Of a DNA stretch of 64,000 bases, positions 13,001 to 23,192 are shown piece by piece. The DNA is taken from the IMG/VR virus record IMGVR_UViG_3300017708_001323, positions 3,780 through 67,779 of that record; one strand, written 5' to 3'. Positions within the stretch are counted from its first letter, which is position 1, and the number at the start of each line of letters is the position of its first letter. The notes beneath the pieces were generated by a model. It worked only from the letters and a program-made list of their open reading frames with translations, did not search any database and was not told the DNA's origin. The position numbers were made by a program, and so were the translations under genes. This stretch comes from a virus. Its lineage: Duplodnaviria; Caudoviricetes.

Positions 13001-16000
13001 CATAACCTTCTGCTCCTACTTTCAAACTATTAAGATAAGAATATCTTTCACCATGCCAACCAGCAGCACCAACTGGTCTTGTGCGGTCTATTGCATCTAC
13101 TAAACCACTAAAATGAACTTGAGCCATATGACTTCTTGTTGCTTCATTTTCATTATTAAAACGATGAACACCCGCTTTACTCCAAACATAAATATCTACT
13201 GAACCATCAATTGTAGGGAAATTATTACTATTTGCTAAAGTACCATTATTTTCAAATTTATTTGTGTTTGAAACTCTATTAGGCGCGAGATAAAATTTTA
13301 CTTTCCAACCACTGTCATTGAAAACTTCTCTAGAATGATATGTAGCCCAAGCAGCAGCACTAGTATTGGATTTTAACCAACCAGATGCTGGTATTTGTTC
13401 AAGAGCAGTTTGTGTAGTATGAGCACTTGAACTATATGTGACACTTAATGGAGCAGTAGAAGTATTATATTCTACAAATGTATCTAGGTGTACCCAACCG
13501 TAACGGTCTTGTCGCATAGAATTACCCATGCTTGGCATGTGAGTTCCACCAATAGATTTCAAAGCACCAGCACCGGGGAATGTATTAATCGCCATTCCTA
13601 AAACTGTAGCCAACTCATTTCCATTCTGACATCTTGTGGCATCGACTATGATATATTCTCTATCTATATCCCCATCAACTAATGCACCTTCTGCTGCTGC
13701 ATAATTCAAAACTTTAGTAGTGATTGGTCCTGCTACTCTATAGGCAGTAGGATGTAGTTGACCGCTAACTCCCCAAGTTGAAAGTATTGTATCACTCTTA
13801 GGGTGTGGTGGATTAAATGTTAGTTGATTGTCCATCCACGAACCACCGGGGTGATACCCCCCATCCATATGGAATACATTGTCTGCTCCCATAGCAATTC
13901 CGAACCCTAACATAGAATTATGGCGTAGCGGCATAGACCGTAAAGTGTCATTGTTAGAGCCTGTAGAACCCCCATCTACAAACATTTGACCGTACATTCT
14001 ACCACTTTCTGGTCTTTGTTTTAATACACCTATCAATGGCTTACCTGCTGGAGTTTCCCAATTCAAAGGTGTACGCCAATGAAATCTATGGTGAGCGTTA
14101 TGATATGTGCTAGTCATAGGCATATAATCGTCTTCATCATTTTGTATTTCATTAGGAATAAAAGTTCCTTCTGGGATTATAGACCAAGAATTACCTGTTG
14201 TGAGAACTCTTCCAGTATGAGGTTGTGTAGAATTAAAACCGCTTCCGTTATCAGCAACTTCTTGAGTAAAAGGGAATGCTTGCCCCGGACCAAATATCAG
14301 ATATGTAGTTTTATTCTCAGTGCCGTTTACATGGTCTCCATAACGCGCTGTAGGATGAGCAAATCTCAATACTAAAGGACTTGGCCTTTGAACTACAACA
14401 CCACTAGAATACGGAGAACTATTAGGGTGGTCGCTGTTTATACTTCCACCAGCATTATCTAAATCTGGAGATAATACATTGTCCCTATTATGTGCTGGAG
14501 GAATAATACTACCTCTGTTTTGATTTAATAAAGGTGTACCGGGGAAAAACGCCATCATAGCATTAGCGTCTAAAATTGCATGACTAGTTACAATTTCATT
14601 TGCGTTTTGAATACCAGATGAACCAGTAGGACCAGAGGAGTAAGGGTGAGTATAGAAATCTGTATAATCGTTCATAGTACCATCATTCACATCTAGTACG
14701 ACACCACTAAAACCTCCAGCAAAAAATATTGGTACATTATTATCTATACTACTTCTACCACCTGTAAAGTAAATTATAGTAGATGAGTCAACACTACCTA
14801 GACTTCTAAAACCATCAAATTGACTAATTTGTTCGTTAGCAAATTGAGATACTACCCCAGTGCTATTATTTGCTATATCATTATTTTCTAATGCGATTGT
14901 TAACATTGGCGATTGAGTTCCAACTTTTGTGATTAGTCTATTTAATACAGTAGCACTTCCAGAATCAGAACCTTGATGTGTTTCAAACTCAGCAAACACA
15001 CCATCCCAAAAATACAAAGTTTTTCTTTCACTAATAGATTTTACAGTACTCCCATCTTTTGTGGCAGGGGCCAAAAAGTGCCAACAAACATTGTCAGATT
15101 TTATATCTATATGTGATAATACTCCTGAACTTGAACTTGTTGCTACATAAAATAAATTAGGATTATCTATCTTAGGAATTATATGGTCCCCAGAAACATT
15201 AGTAAAATTAGAACCGTTTAAATTTCTTTGCCATTCTGATAATACTACTTCTTGATTGGAAGAATTAACAATAATAGGAGTTTCAGTATTAGAGTTTGGA
15301 CCAAAAGATTTTGAAATAATTTGTAAAACTGTAAACGGAATATAACCACAATCTATACTTCTTCCGTTATCTATTTGTGTATCTGTTACGACTCTTTGTG
15401 TACCAAAACTCCAAGTTCCAGTAGAATTATTTGTTTGCTCTACTTCTCCATATTCTAAATGAGCCGCTTGTATACCTAAATCCCGATGTACACTAGCAAA
15501 ATATTTTTTAGATAAAGGTTCAACTTTTCTTTCTGTATCGAAAGCCCTAATTATTATGCTATCTGATTTAATACCCCAATCACTAAATTTTCTCCCATCT
15601 GCTGCATACATTTCTGTACAATCAAACTTTACACCTTCTGGGTTGTTAATATCAACGGCATTTATAGCAGCAGTTGTAACTGCTGTTAGTAACTCATCAG
15701 TAACTAAAGTAGTCCAATTTAAAGTAGGAGAAATTAGATAATTAGTTAATGTTACATCACCTGTGTATTCAGAAACTATTCCAAAAAACTCATGTGGGCC
15801 AGCATTACCATTTTCTGTTCTATTTGTATAGTGGAGGGTTAAACCAGTATTACCTGAACCCGAAGCGTTAGTAATTTGTATTCTTCCATTTGTTTTTGGG
15901 AAACCTAAGTAACCTAAAATATCATGATGCTCATTTTCTTTTGTTGGAGTATTATCATAAGGGTCGTCTAAAACTACCACTAATTTAGTAGTTGAATGAA

Positions 16001-19000
16001 TATAACTAGAACCATTAACTATGTTTATTGCCATATTTCTTGCTGGATAAGGATTCCAAAGACCACCAAAATATTCTTTTTCTGTATCACCAGAAAAGCC
16101 AGTTAGTCGTCCAGTCGCGTCTCCTGTACCAACCATATTATTTCCAATCGTAAATCCACCATCGGCTACATTTTTATCATTAAAGAAAATACAAATATCT
16201 TCTTCTATAGTATCAGGTAATTTAGTTTTGGTATTAGATAAATTATTATGTACATTAGAATAGATAAATCTAATATTTCTTTTATTCCCAATATGGTCTT
16301 TTAATTGAACACCGTACAATTGATTTTTTGTAGTATCTTTAATCTCGTTAGTCGGTACATAACTTCCATAAGAAGACAAACTTGTATTTCCATATCTTTG
16401 TGAGAATTGGGTATTCCCTTTTTCACCCATACCCCATTTACCAGCATCGGGTCCCCAACCGGGAACTCCCGCTTTTGTCATACCACCAAAATTAATCCTA
16501 CTAGCGGCTCTTGACCCTGTTCGTAAACCGTGTACTGTTATTTTATTAGTCGTATCTTCAAAAGATTCTGTCGAAACAGAATTAATTTGTGAACCACCTA
16601 TTGCACTAGATATTGCTCTTAAAACAGGATTAGTAGTATTATCACTTCTAGATGTAAAATCAGAGTTGATTGTAAAATCAGTTTCAAAATCTCTATTAGT
16701 TAAATCATGTAAAGTGGTTATTGGTGGGAAAGGTCTACCATTTTTATCAAGAGGCATAGGAGCAGGGTGGGGTTTTTCATTAGAAGACTCAAGAGGTTGT
16801 CCCCAGAAATTACGCCATCTACCACCGTGACCAATAATAAAATCAGGGTGGTAATTAGTTTGTCCCTTTGAATTATCTAACCATACTGCAAAGTTTCTAC
16901 CACTAGCACCGGGTACTGTACTATGAATTACTATTGAAAATCCTAAATCTCCTTTTTGATTTTGAACGGCTCTACCTATGTGTGCTCTAATATAACCCAT
17001 ATGAGTTCCTTTATCTTTAGAAGTAAAAGCAGAATCATCCCACCAAGGGGAAGGGTCGTGTGTACTACCACCTAAATCTGCACTGGCTTTAGGTGCGGCT
17101 GCTTGATTTATCTTTCTTACAATTTCTAATGCCGCTTCTTCAACGCTATTAGTTTTCTCACCTACTTCACCAACATCAATTGTTAATCTTCTTACAAACT
17201 CCATTTGATTCCAATGTGGTAAATGTTGTAACCTAGTTTCGCTATGATTAGATAAATCTAAAGTTTCATTTCTAATACCTTTTAGAGATAAAAATGCAGG
17301 TATTACTCTAGTACCATCTGGTGTATCGAAAAATGTACTTCCTTCTCTTAAACTAGCACCACTTACATCGTTTCTTAATTTCTTTAATTCTGTTACAAAA
17401 CTATCTGAAAAACTTTTAATTCTAGAAAATTCATGTTTTATATTACTAAATATAGATAAAACAACTTCATCAGAAGTACGTTTTGCCGCGCTGTCACCCA
17501 AAGCGTATTTCTTTAATCCACCAGAAATTGAATACCCAGTATGTACGTGATGCCCATGAGCCTTTCCATAAATAGAAGGAGAAGTAGCACCAGCAGAAGA
17601 TGTGGCTAAATTAGCAGGTAAAGAGCCACTTAACGGTGTTAGTACATCTGTACCTATTCTATTAGCAACATCATGTGCATAAGCAGACTCTATAAATTTG
17701 GATTGTTGTGTGCTTCTAATGTAAGGGTTTTGTGAAGGATATCCATTCGCTACATCTATTTGTGTAGTAGCCCAAGAAGGCCCTCCACCATTTAGTGTGG
17801 CTGTATATTCAGCCAAATCAATTAATGCCCCGTCTTTTACAATCTTTCTCGGCCAACCTATAGAAGCAGTTAATGGGCTAGATTGCACTTGCATTACTAT
17901 ATCTTGGAAAGCGATAAACTCTCTATCATGTGCTACATCATAAAGCAAAACCCTTGCATGTCCTTCTTCTACTAGATAAGGGTCTAAATACGCTATAGTT
18001 GGTGCTTCACTTGCTGATAGACCTAGTGATTTGTAGTTTTCTTCAATTGTTTTATTTACATGTTGAACATAATTTCTAGCGGTCTCTAAGCAGTTTTCCC
18101 CAATTAAGAAATTTTCAAAAGGCACAGAATCTCTTGGATTTGTATCTAAAGTCCCTGTGCCACCAGTGAAACCTTTCCAGACTCTATTTTCATTCAATAC
18201 ACCCCTAGATTTAGCAAACAACCCTTCCATAGCATGTGGGTTGTTCATAGTCATATTACACCAAATTGTATCACCGTCTCTTAAACCTCCTCCAGCGTAA
18301 GGATATACCCAAGATGTGTTTAAAATAGCATCAGGGTCTTCAACAAAGGCGTTACTGAAAGAGACATATAATTGTCCTCCAGTAACAGTGGCACCAGCAT
18401 TTCCAGTTAAAGTAACAGTGTAATCATCGGTTCCAGCAAAATCTCTTTTGCTAATTTCTGAAATTATTCCAATAGATACGAGTGAAGTATGTCCTTGAAG
18501 CCCACCTGTAGCGAAAACTTGGTCTCCTACACGTAAATTTGTTCCTAATGTGTTAGAAGTAAGAGGGGTAGTTGTAGTAGAATGGATTGTCGCAGATGTA
18601 CTTTCTGAAGTAGAATTAATTCCCCAATTAGTCGCAATCGCGCAATATGTTTCGTATTCTTCATCAAGAATTGAATCAGCAGCAATAGCACTAATATTAC
18701 TTCTGTTAAAGTTAATAATCGCTCTACTTCTTCTTGATAATGTAATTTTCTTATCAGCAGCAAGCCAACTTGGTACTGTGTTTGCTACTCCATTATAAAA
18801 TCCTAAAGCAATAGAGTTTTTGCTTAAATTTACACCGTCAGCGGTTTTTACTCTTCCATAATAATGTAGTCTACGAGTTGTACCAGCGTCGTCTAATTCT
18901 ACTTCATATAAGAAATCCCCAATTGAAAAAGTCGCAGCAGAAATAGTTTCATAACCAAAATCGGGGAATAAATCTACATCTTCTTCGGGTAATGTCACAA

Positions 19001-22000
19001 CAGCAATTCCCATTCCGTCACTTCCATCATTATCTTTTACGATGGAAGCAACACTTTGAATTATAGAAGAGGCTCTTTTTGGTTTTATTTTTTTAGCATG
19101 AGGATTGGATTCAGGACCTTCTTTAAACTCTACAGCGCTTACATACTGGCGTAGCCCATAATCTACATTACCACCTTGTGTTTTAGCACTTCCAGCATCA
19201 AAGTAGTAATCACTTCTATTTTCAAAAGCAGCGCTAGGAGTATAAGGTTCGTCACCTATTGCTATTAATTGTTCATCGCTAGGGAATGTTCCTAGAGATA
19301 TTGCCGAGCCGACTTTTACTTCATTTCTAAATTTCACAGAAGCAGCCCAAGGCTCATCTGGTATTCGTAAAAATCCACTACTAACAGGATTATTATCATA
19401 CAGCGCCCAAGCGCCACTTTTCAAAAATATTCTTCTAAATCTAGGAACATATTGTAAGTTTTGATAATTACCAGAATACACTGTAGAATTTGTCACTGCA
19501 TCTGATGTAGGAAAATGGTTTAGATTACCTACATATAATTCTAAGTTTGAGCCATTTACAACTAATTCTTTAGTTACATGTGTTATTTGGTCTTGAATCT
19601 CACCTATTGATTTTTTAAAATTATAAGCAGAAAATTTAGTTCTATCAGAATTGTAAGATTTACCCGGTCTTTTTCCTACCGGAGAAGGGTTCCAAGAATG
19701 TGCTGTGTAAGTAGCATCAATATGAAACTTAAATGAATTATCTTTTCCTACATAAACCTCGTCTGTTTCATTTGAAAATAATTGGTTTTCAAAAATTGGT
19801 AATTCTACTAGCGCTCTAGTACTAGCATATTGTGTGCCTAATTGATAATCATGATTAACATCAGAACCTTCTTGAATCATTCTATCATTTACTGTAGTAC
19901 CGTCATTGGACAAAGAATCTGTATTATAATATGGGTCGGAATTTACTGTGAAAGAAACAGGAGTAGCGGTTGCAGATAATGTGACCCCGGAAGTTTCATT
20001 TATCCCTAACAACCAGTTTGCAAAAGTAGAGTAGTCTTTTCCATTTCCATCTAAGTACTTTTGAGAGTTAGCAGCGGGAGGGTCATTAAAAGTAAAACTA
20101 GTTCCATTTTTAGAATCATACAATGCACTACTACCATCTTCTAAATATATTCTACCTTTCTTAGCAAACCCATAGGTTCCCCAACTAGCCATATCTGGAG
20201 ATTTATTATTTAGGGGTTTAACATTCAGTACACCGTTATTACTAGAATAAGTAGCCGAAACTGTTTGTACATGGTACGCTCTTTGTGTAGAAAAAGGTAA
20301 ACGAGATAAGAGACTAGGGTCATATGAAGGTTTTATGTCATTTCCACCTTGCCCTAAACCACCTAAAGAAACTGTAACTACTGGTGCGTTAGGTTCTATT
20401 TCTTTTACAATATGTGAATCTGTGCTTCCTGAACCAATTTGTGAAACTATTTGATTTGTTGTACTCTCATTCACACCGTGGGCGGTTACAACAGTTGACA
20501 TAGTACCTCCATTTTCTTTTTCTGAAATACTACTAACTCTACCTTTCGTCATTAAAAACAACATTCTTATTAGATTAGGTTCTTCTACATCACTAGCAAC
20601 AGTTCTTAGATTGTATAATTGATTGAATCTTTTTCTATCACTTGGTTGAATAAAAAATCTAAGATTATACGCTGAATCTTCATTAGTAATATGGTTGTCT
20701 ATTATATCAAAAAACTCATGTATAGGGCTATTAGATAGTGTTGTGCCTATATCGAATTGTCCATTAGAAGGACCACTGATGATAGTGCTAGGCTCTCTTC
20801 TGAAATATGTAGTTTTATCAGTTAGGATTTTTGCTTTACTTGTAGTATTAGGAAAAATTAACATTTTATGAAAAACACTATCGTGGTCTTCTTTTATTGT
20901 GTGAGATGCTAAAACAATCCCCGGAGGTGTTGCAGGTTGAGCAGACGCACTGGCTACAGGAGAATAGTTAGTGCCAGTATCGTTTCTTGGTGAATAAGAA
21001 AAATCTAATTCTGTATCTGATTCATAACCTTCAGAAGTATCACCGACTAAACTGTGAGGTCTATTAGTCATAGTTAATTCATTTTTAGCAGCCACATCTA
21101 TGTAACCACCGGGAGCGTAAAGGGTACAATTTGCTAAATCTGATGCAATTACATCATACAAAGTAGTACCTTCAGCAACTAGTGTAGAACCTGATGGACT
21201 CATTTGTGAAACCATAAGATATGGTTTTCCGTTTGTGTCCATTGAACCACCTGTTAAATCAACAGCGTTATAATGAATTAAGACTGTTTGAGAAAAACCA
21301 GCGTAGTTTAATAATTTTGGAACTTTAAGTACAGCGATTCTAGATACTCTAGAAGGTCTTAAATGATATTTTCGTGATTCTTCATTTATTTCTCCATACT
21401 GAGGAACAGGCCCTTTCAACATAAATGGCGCAAAATCAAAATTATTTCCACCTATACCAATTATTTCTTTACTACCTGTAGGTAAACCATTACTTACTAT
21501 CGCGGATATTGAACTTGAATTTACTACATTAACAATTTTATAATCTTCAACTTTTCTATAAATATCAATTCTTTGATTTTCTATGATATCTTTTGTGGCA
21601 CCTAACTGTGAAGAATCGTAATATATTTCAGCAATGTCTGGACTTCCGTCTACCTGTTGATGAATAATTTCTTCATTAGGTTCGGGTAACATTTTCATAA
21701 ACTCATGACTTTCAACATGATTTAGAGTGTGTCTACCGGAGTGTCCAATTTTGAAACCATCATCCAAACCACTAGGCCAAGTAACAGCAAAAGGATTATT
21801 TGTATCAACATCGGAAGTTGAAAGCCGACTAGAATATACTATACCATGTTGATTATGTTTGGATTCATCTAAAATCATTTGACCTGTTCTATCTATCATC
21901 TGAGTAGCGTAATGTAATGGTTGATAGGGATATCCTGTCGCACTATCAATTAATAAATCAGAACTTATAATTACAAAGTTATTATCCCCACTAGACCTAG

Positions 22001-23183
22001 AGTTTAACATAGGTCTAAGACCGTTACCTAAAGTACTACTTGAGAAATCTAAGTGAATACTACTTACTAAAATGTAAGGTGTATTAGTTTCTATATCATT
22101 TATTGAATGTAATCTCACCCTTTCTGGAGGAGTATTGTTAGGTTTATATGTAGATTTATGATAAGCACCTGCGTTGATTAACAAATTAAAAGGTACATGT
22201 GGTACGCTTCTGATATTTTTTGTACCCGGAGTAGTTATATTATCTACAATTTTATAATCGCCACTAGAATATGTGCTACTAGTAAAATCAATACTCCCAG
22301 TAGAAACTGTTTTTCCTGTTAATTCTGATGCTATGGCTTTTGCATCAATAGAACTACTTAGAACAATTTTTGTTAATCCAGAAACTGTAGAAGTTGTTGT
22401 ATTAAAAGTATAAGAGGAAGAAAAAGGTGTTATTGGCTCATTAAAACGATATAATGCTAATGTGTTATGTCTTACAATTGGTGCATTCATCATAACCATA
22501 GAATCATCAAAACCAGCAGTGATGTGTAGCGCTTCCATGATACCCCTGAACTCACCACCCTTTCCACCAATGTACATGTGCTCTTCGTTTTCTACTAATG
22601 TGAAATTTTCATCAATATCTTTCTTTACCATTAGTTCTCCATTCACATATAGAGCGACATCTTTCCTTCTTACTGCTGCTACAATATGAATTAGAGGTCT
22701 GTGGTTTATATTCAAAGTAGTAGAATCATTATATGTACTATTAAACCTATTATACGGTTCAAAAAGCCCACCAAAATCTGGAGGAGGGTAAACCGTTCCA
22801 TCATACCCATTTGTTTCTGGTAAAGCCGTAGCAATTCTAACTTCTTCTACACTTTCTGCTCTAGTTAAAGATACAGAGAAAACACAAGGTCCGGGTGTAT
22901 CTGGAGTACCTATTGAAAGAGAAAATTGTCCTTCCTTTGATACAACTACTCCACCATTATCAGGTATAACCCAAGCCTCTATAGCCATAGTTTTTCTAGA
23001 GCCTTTTCCACTTAGATGAGTAAAAGTTTGAGAGCCTTTAGGATTTTTACTCAAAAATGTAGAAGCAGTAAAACCCTCTGGTGTTGTGTCTCCTAAGTCA
23101 GTATTTCTCCCTTGTGGCACAATTATACTGTCGTTCACACCATCAAATAAAAACGCATAAGAGTTTTCAGTTATTGCAGCCAT
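7020..23183 (-). CDS. Giant 5387-aa putative virion (tail) protein with an N-terminal LamG/concanavalin-A-like domain
   Basis: Uninterrupted 16.2-kb ORF in the tail operon. The N-terminus has LamG-like motifs (AFLFDGVNDSI, IEAWVIP, HIVAAV..VALYVNGEL, YIGG..FRGIMEAL). Confidence 0.75.
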   Translation of the reverse strand: MAAITENSYAFLFDGVNDSIIVPQGRNTDLGDTTPEGFTASTFLSKNPKGSQTFTHLSGKGSRKTMAIEAWVIPDNGGVVVSKEGQFSLSIGTPDTPGPCVFSVSLTRAESVEEVRIATALPETNGYDGTVYPPPDFGGLFEPYNRFNSTYNDSTTLNINHRPLIHIVAAVRRKDVALYVNGELMVKKDIDENFTLVENEEHMYIGGKGGEFRGIMEALHITAGFDDSMVMMNAPIVRHNTLALYRFNEPITPFSSSYTFNTTTSTVSGLTKIVLSSSIDAKAIASELTGKTVSTGSIDFTSSTYSSGDYKIVDNITTPGTKNIRSVPHVPFNLLINAGAYHKSTYKPNNTPPERVRLHSINDIETNTPYILVSSIHLDFSSSTLGNGLRPMLNSRSSGDNNFVIISSDLLIDSATGYPYQPLHYATQMIDRTGQMILDESKHNQHGIVYSSRLSTSDVDTNNPFAVTWPSGLDDGFKIGHSGRHTLNHVESHEFMKMLPEPNEEIIHQQVDGSPDIAEIYYDSSQLGATKDIIENQRIDIYRKVEDYKIVNVVNSSSISAIVSNGLPTGSKEIIGIGGNNFDFAPFMLKGPVPQYGEINEESRKYHLRPSRVSRIAVLKVPKLLNYAGFSQTVLIHYNAVDLTGGSMDTNGKPYLMVSQMSPSGSTLVAEGTTLYDVIASDLANCTLYAPGGYIDVAAKNELTMTNRPHSLVGDTSEGYESDTELDFSYSPRNDTGTNYSPVASASAQPATPPGIVLASHTIKEDHDSVFHKMLIFPNTTSKAKILTDKTTYFRREPSTIISGPSNGQFDIGTTLSNSPIHEFFDIIDNHITNEDSAYNLRFFIQPSDRKRFNQLYNLRTVASDVEEPNLIRMLFLMTKGRVSSISEKENGGTMSTVVTAHGVNESTTNQIVSQIGSGSTDSHIVKEIEPNAPVVTVSLGGLGQGGNDIKPSYDPSLLSRLPFSTQRAYHVQTVSATYSSNNGVLNVKPLNNKSPDMASWGTYGFAKKGRIYLEDGSSALYDSKNGTSFTFNDPPAANSQKYLDGNGKDYSTFANWLLGINETSGVTLSATATPVSFTVNSDPYYNTDSLSNDGTTVNDRMIQEGSDVNHDYQLGTQYASTRALVELPIFENQLFSNETDEVYVGKDNSFKFHIDATYTAHSWNPSPVGKRPGKSYNSDRTKFSAYNFKKSIGEIQDQITHVTKELVVNGSNLELYVGNLNHFPTSDAVTNSTVYSGNYQNLQYVPRFRRIFLKSGAWALYDNNPVSSGFLRIPDEPWAASVKFRNEVKVGSAISLGTFPSDEQLIAIGDEPYTPSAAFENRSDYYFDAGSAKTQGGNVDYGLRQYVSAVEFKEGPESNPHAKKIKPKRASSIIQSVASIVKDNDGSDGMGIAVVTLPEEDVDLFPDFGYETISAATFSIGDFLYEVELDDAGTTRRLHYYGRVKTADGVNLSKNSIALGFYNGVANTVPSWLAADKKITLSRRSRAIINFNRSNISAIAADSILDEEYETYCAIATNWGINSTSESTSATIHSTTTTPLTSNTLGTNLRVGDQVFATGGLQGHTSLVSIGIISEISKRDFAGTDDYTVTLTGNAGATVTGGQLYVSFSNAFVEDPDAILNTSWVYPYAGGGLRDGDTIWCNMTMNNPHAMEGLFAKSRGVLNENRVWKGFTGGTGTLDTNPRDSVPFENFLIGENCLETARNYVQHVNKTIEENYKSLGLSASEAPTIAYLDPYLVEEGHARVLLYDVAHDREFIAFQDIVMQVQSSPLTASIGWPRKIVKDGALIDLAEYTATLNGGGPSWATTQIDVANGYPSQNPYIRSTQQSKFIESAYAHDVANRIGTDVLTPLSGSLPANLATSSAGATSPSIYGKAHGHHVHTGYSISGGLKKYALGDSAAKRTSDEVVLSIFSNIKHEFSRIKSFSDSFVTELKKLRNDVSGASLREGSTFFDTPDGTRVIPAFLSLKGIRNETLDLSNHSETRLQHLPHWNQMEFVRRLTIDVGEVGEKTNSVEEAALEIVRKINQAAAPKASADLGGSTHDPSPWWDDSAFTSKDKGTHMGYIRAHIGRAVQNQKGDLGFSIVIHSTVPGASGRNFAVWLDNSKGQTNYHPDFIIGHGGRWRNFWGQPLESSNEKPHPAPMPLDKNGRPFPPITTLHDLTNRDFETDFTINSDFTSRSDNTTNPVLRAISSAIGGSQINSVSTESFEDTTNKITVHGLRTGSRAASRINFGGMTKAGVPGWGPDAGKWGMGEKGNTQFSQRYGNTSLSSYGSYVPTNEIKDTTKNQLYGVQLKDHIGNKRNIRFIYSNVHNNLSNTKTKLPDTIEEDICIFFNDKNVADGGFTIGNNMVGTGDATGRLTGFSGDTEKEYFGGLWNPYPARNMAINIVNGSSYIHSTTKLVVVLDDPYDNTPTKENEHHDILGYLGFPKTNGRIQITNASGSGNTGLTLHYTNRTENGNAGPHEFFGIVSEYTGDVTLTNYLISPTLNWTTLVTDELLTAVTTAAINAVDINNPEGVKFDCTEMYAADGRKFSDWGIKSDSIIIRAFDTERKVEPLSKKYFASVHRDLGIQAAHLEYGEVEQTNNSTGTWSFGTQRVVTDTQIDNGRSIDCGYIPFTVLQIISKSFGPNSNTETPIIVNSSNQEVVLSEWQRNLNGSNFTNVSGDHIIPKIDNPNLFYVATSSSSGVLSHIDIKSDNVCWHFLAPATKDGSTVKSISERKTLYFWDGVFAEFETHQGSDSGSATVLNRLITKVGTQSPMLTIALENNDIANNSTGVVSQFANEQISQFDGFRSLGSVDSSTIIYFTGGRSSIDNNVPIFFAGGFSGVVLDVNDGTMNDYTDFYTHPYSSGPTGSSGIQNANEIVTSHAILDANAMMAFFPGTPLLNQNRGSIIPPAHNRDNVLSPDLDNAGGSINSDHPNSSPYSSGVVVQRPSPLVLRFAHPTARYGDHVNGTENKTTYLIFGPGQAFPFTQEVADNGSGFNSTQPHTGRVLTTGNSWSIIPEGTFIPNEIQNDEDDYMPMTSTYHNAHHRFHWRTPLNWETPAGKPLIGVLKQRPESGRMYGQMFVDGGSTGSNNDTLRSMPLRHNSMLGFGIAMGADNVFHMDGGYHPGGSWMDNQLTFNPPHPKSDTILSTWGVSGQLHPTAYRVAGPITTKVLNYAAAEGALVDGDIDREYIIVDATRCQNGNELATVLGMAINTFPGAGALKSIGGTHMPSMGNSMRQDRYGWVHLDTFVEYNTSTAPLSVTYSSSAHTTQTALEQIPASGWLKSNTSAAAWATYHSREVFNDSGWKVKFYLAPNRVSNTNKFENNGTLANSNNFPTIDGSVDIYVWSKAGVHRFNNENEATRSHMAQVHFSGLVDAIDRTRPVGAAGWHGERYSYLNSLKVGAEGYAAGLGAYHQLLNFSPYGTASSVYDTLGTIPIVAPLARSPESLPPVDGLGSALMTYINDPYNTSTGVTYTANNLSYSRKDTDDNAPDTLHTKPVNYDITSDLPEELHHPQGLSGNAWLVVSSESEFALIAKKDRDGSTAVGDFLVLKGESSSQLEFAGTTQWDERFHSQDRFIAPAHAGPNVEALIVDDTALPTYSADLSAYTFHTGSVTDARLENATPDRAKTGNLVTDLDFSLGSYNLETGVTVERNVVPEYYVGGTAYTSDSDYPDDYWKGDIHAFDLFKRSSSLNFNTENIVWKRMDGGNLTLPSMNYRGLGAVPKITRVESDNTPHTFGEKIFGNVRFSFETTNSAILPSIEIPYEENLLSNVMNIPNEEMQFEEITVIDDSGQEHTIQGGSPLGTIIRTFNVVSNRDVSGKSPSLANSGSKPNLMIALPDPSTIPGNIIIRSGYDPIMAYQNETFGSGGVLHADLSENDLKHLFDDKENGGSLYLAPTYEEVNWEHIDPVTNESIKTGWVQATKNAPLRTSYELHDRTLFFHVTKMGHSHTHRFPTTYTHSNGVENQDLTVSDWDSSSVLTTNATINTRIYDADFATKEVKDNRRFIRIYNPTTEESVVASYTGISGVTFTGVVGDVDFTKFMAAQTITSLRIVPSYYMPAGSARFYAAARIRDHAEVSGSSPDMAHTQYFTGVDSNTEAHTIYSKPVLTPMPYPRMGHHFVNATMAMLPGHLAHPAYQSVYQRHLAELASTNGFRDRNLFDEEKTALSVSSNISTNVTEKMSPLEPELFFSGLTATPSGPSDLAGGGFSLMFETGIKWDGYGVLGARGNAGIINKAGGHTIVLEAAKKYTLQHHFPDPREVGAYQIVIQPNIFNTQIIGYHYYNSTQKLTSQQVNTVIGTEYVSATGALVLYLSDATQADVRGCEIFINEIILDQDADFGSQFTKTPPLSTFNPFGIEMSESPSFTRRAFPYSKHLSKSTPGYSINIPWWSILHKVAPDDSSSNGFRHISQNRLDNYYELSRSTLGSIGIQLTIAGYPTIYPDIYSHILQNISLNPKCIVKSKSSPDITVDDASIFPETPYYGQQLEYVDSNGVRQTSTYTRRTGLQNGTVNVSNVFTGVSTGDFFNNIIDDVTELKLTRAYDTMPADSIFTNVNRSIIANTISSLKQGTNDTYNYHTPDAFLCIWNHNLGRPYTFYSDSSRTYDNDTSDRAIDKAAYNLLPEHFETIRYQDVIYGMSTGPFDLKIKTPDVDKTGVVAVADSDHNQAGVNQANQPIHLNRFWPCGSRGGPHSSRPDVFVQAGASWIYPRKYASDDLYRWYDLDDIDASYSRSSGITAAKITTNQTYRLPFGYRVSLRQSLNRPRWGLIPTRAALEDAISGSISATSVGYRAGPLVQYENRSWAKADGSTAGAFPKTYVGIMERNTNFAGQLGSDRYETQVRRSDGRRMVRPFGAPVRTLRNNNKVERDWWGDSEGKSITRLTEASQYYMVDWWGNTRGEAVRRAPVRGFGIRPAWDCGDAYEYDRTNNRTPFQRIWNNGKPIFNMKNVLNSSGAVSLQTNYTIPRFGGRLNNDNNGSSTILVDVFAPTHALRIGDMGGGRGVRYPTMFNEDILTELSAPIHTTGVVLSHHTSEPTFGTGLLRPRNDVLQADEVPRGISAKLEISQDGLLKPEAVVSDKVENIVGDSPHKDVISRSSPRIGIDAENIESIDNSHIVINTEAHSLHTDRNVGQRTVLTGAHTIGSQTLTEADYTSLGFNNTNTYGAINGILKFSHTSNMRPLGGDYILEARSFSGLFNDIGWGVASLTGSNNTSNPYQSTTSYTSDSIRNNDKDQIVKFLLRPVRVLDKYHVETFRSKSAPTTQTGGDYFQATAGGKYGLFTYETPNGRVADVNTPDNRGVPNSNGPYVPIFYMTNTNDQVPSAMGPNLKGSNFVSTSPSLTDLVVRLLPSQNTLQHHASDAPRDGDFTIKPRFSQSLHPKGDKGDVTYGTSDHTGDAT

Positions 23184-23192
23184 AATTATCTC

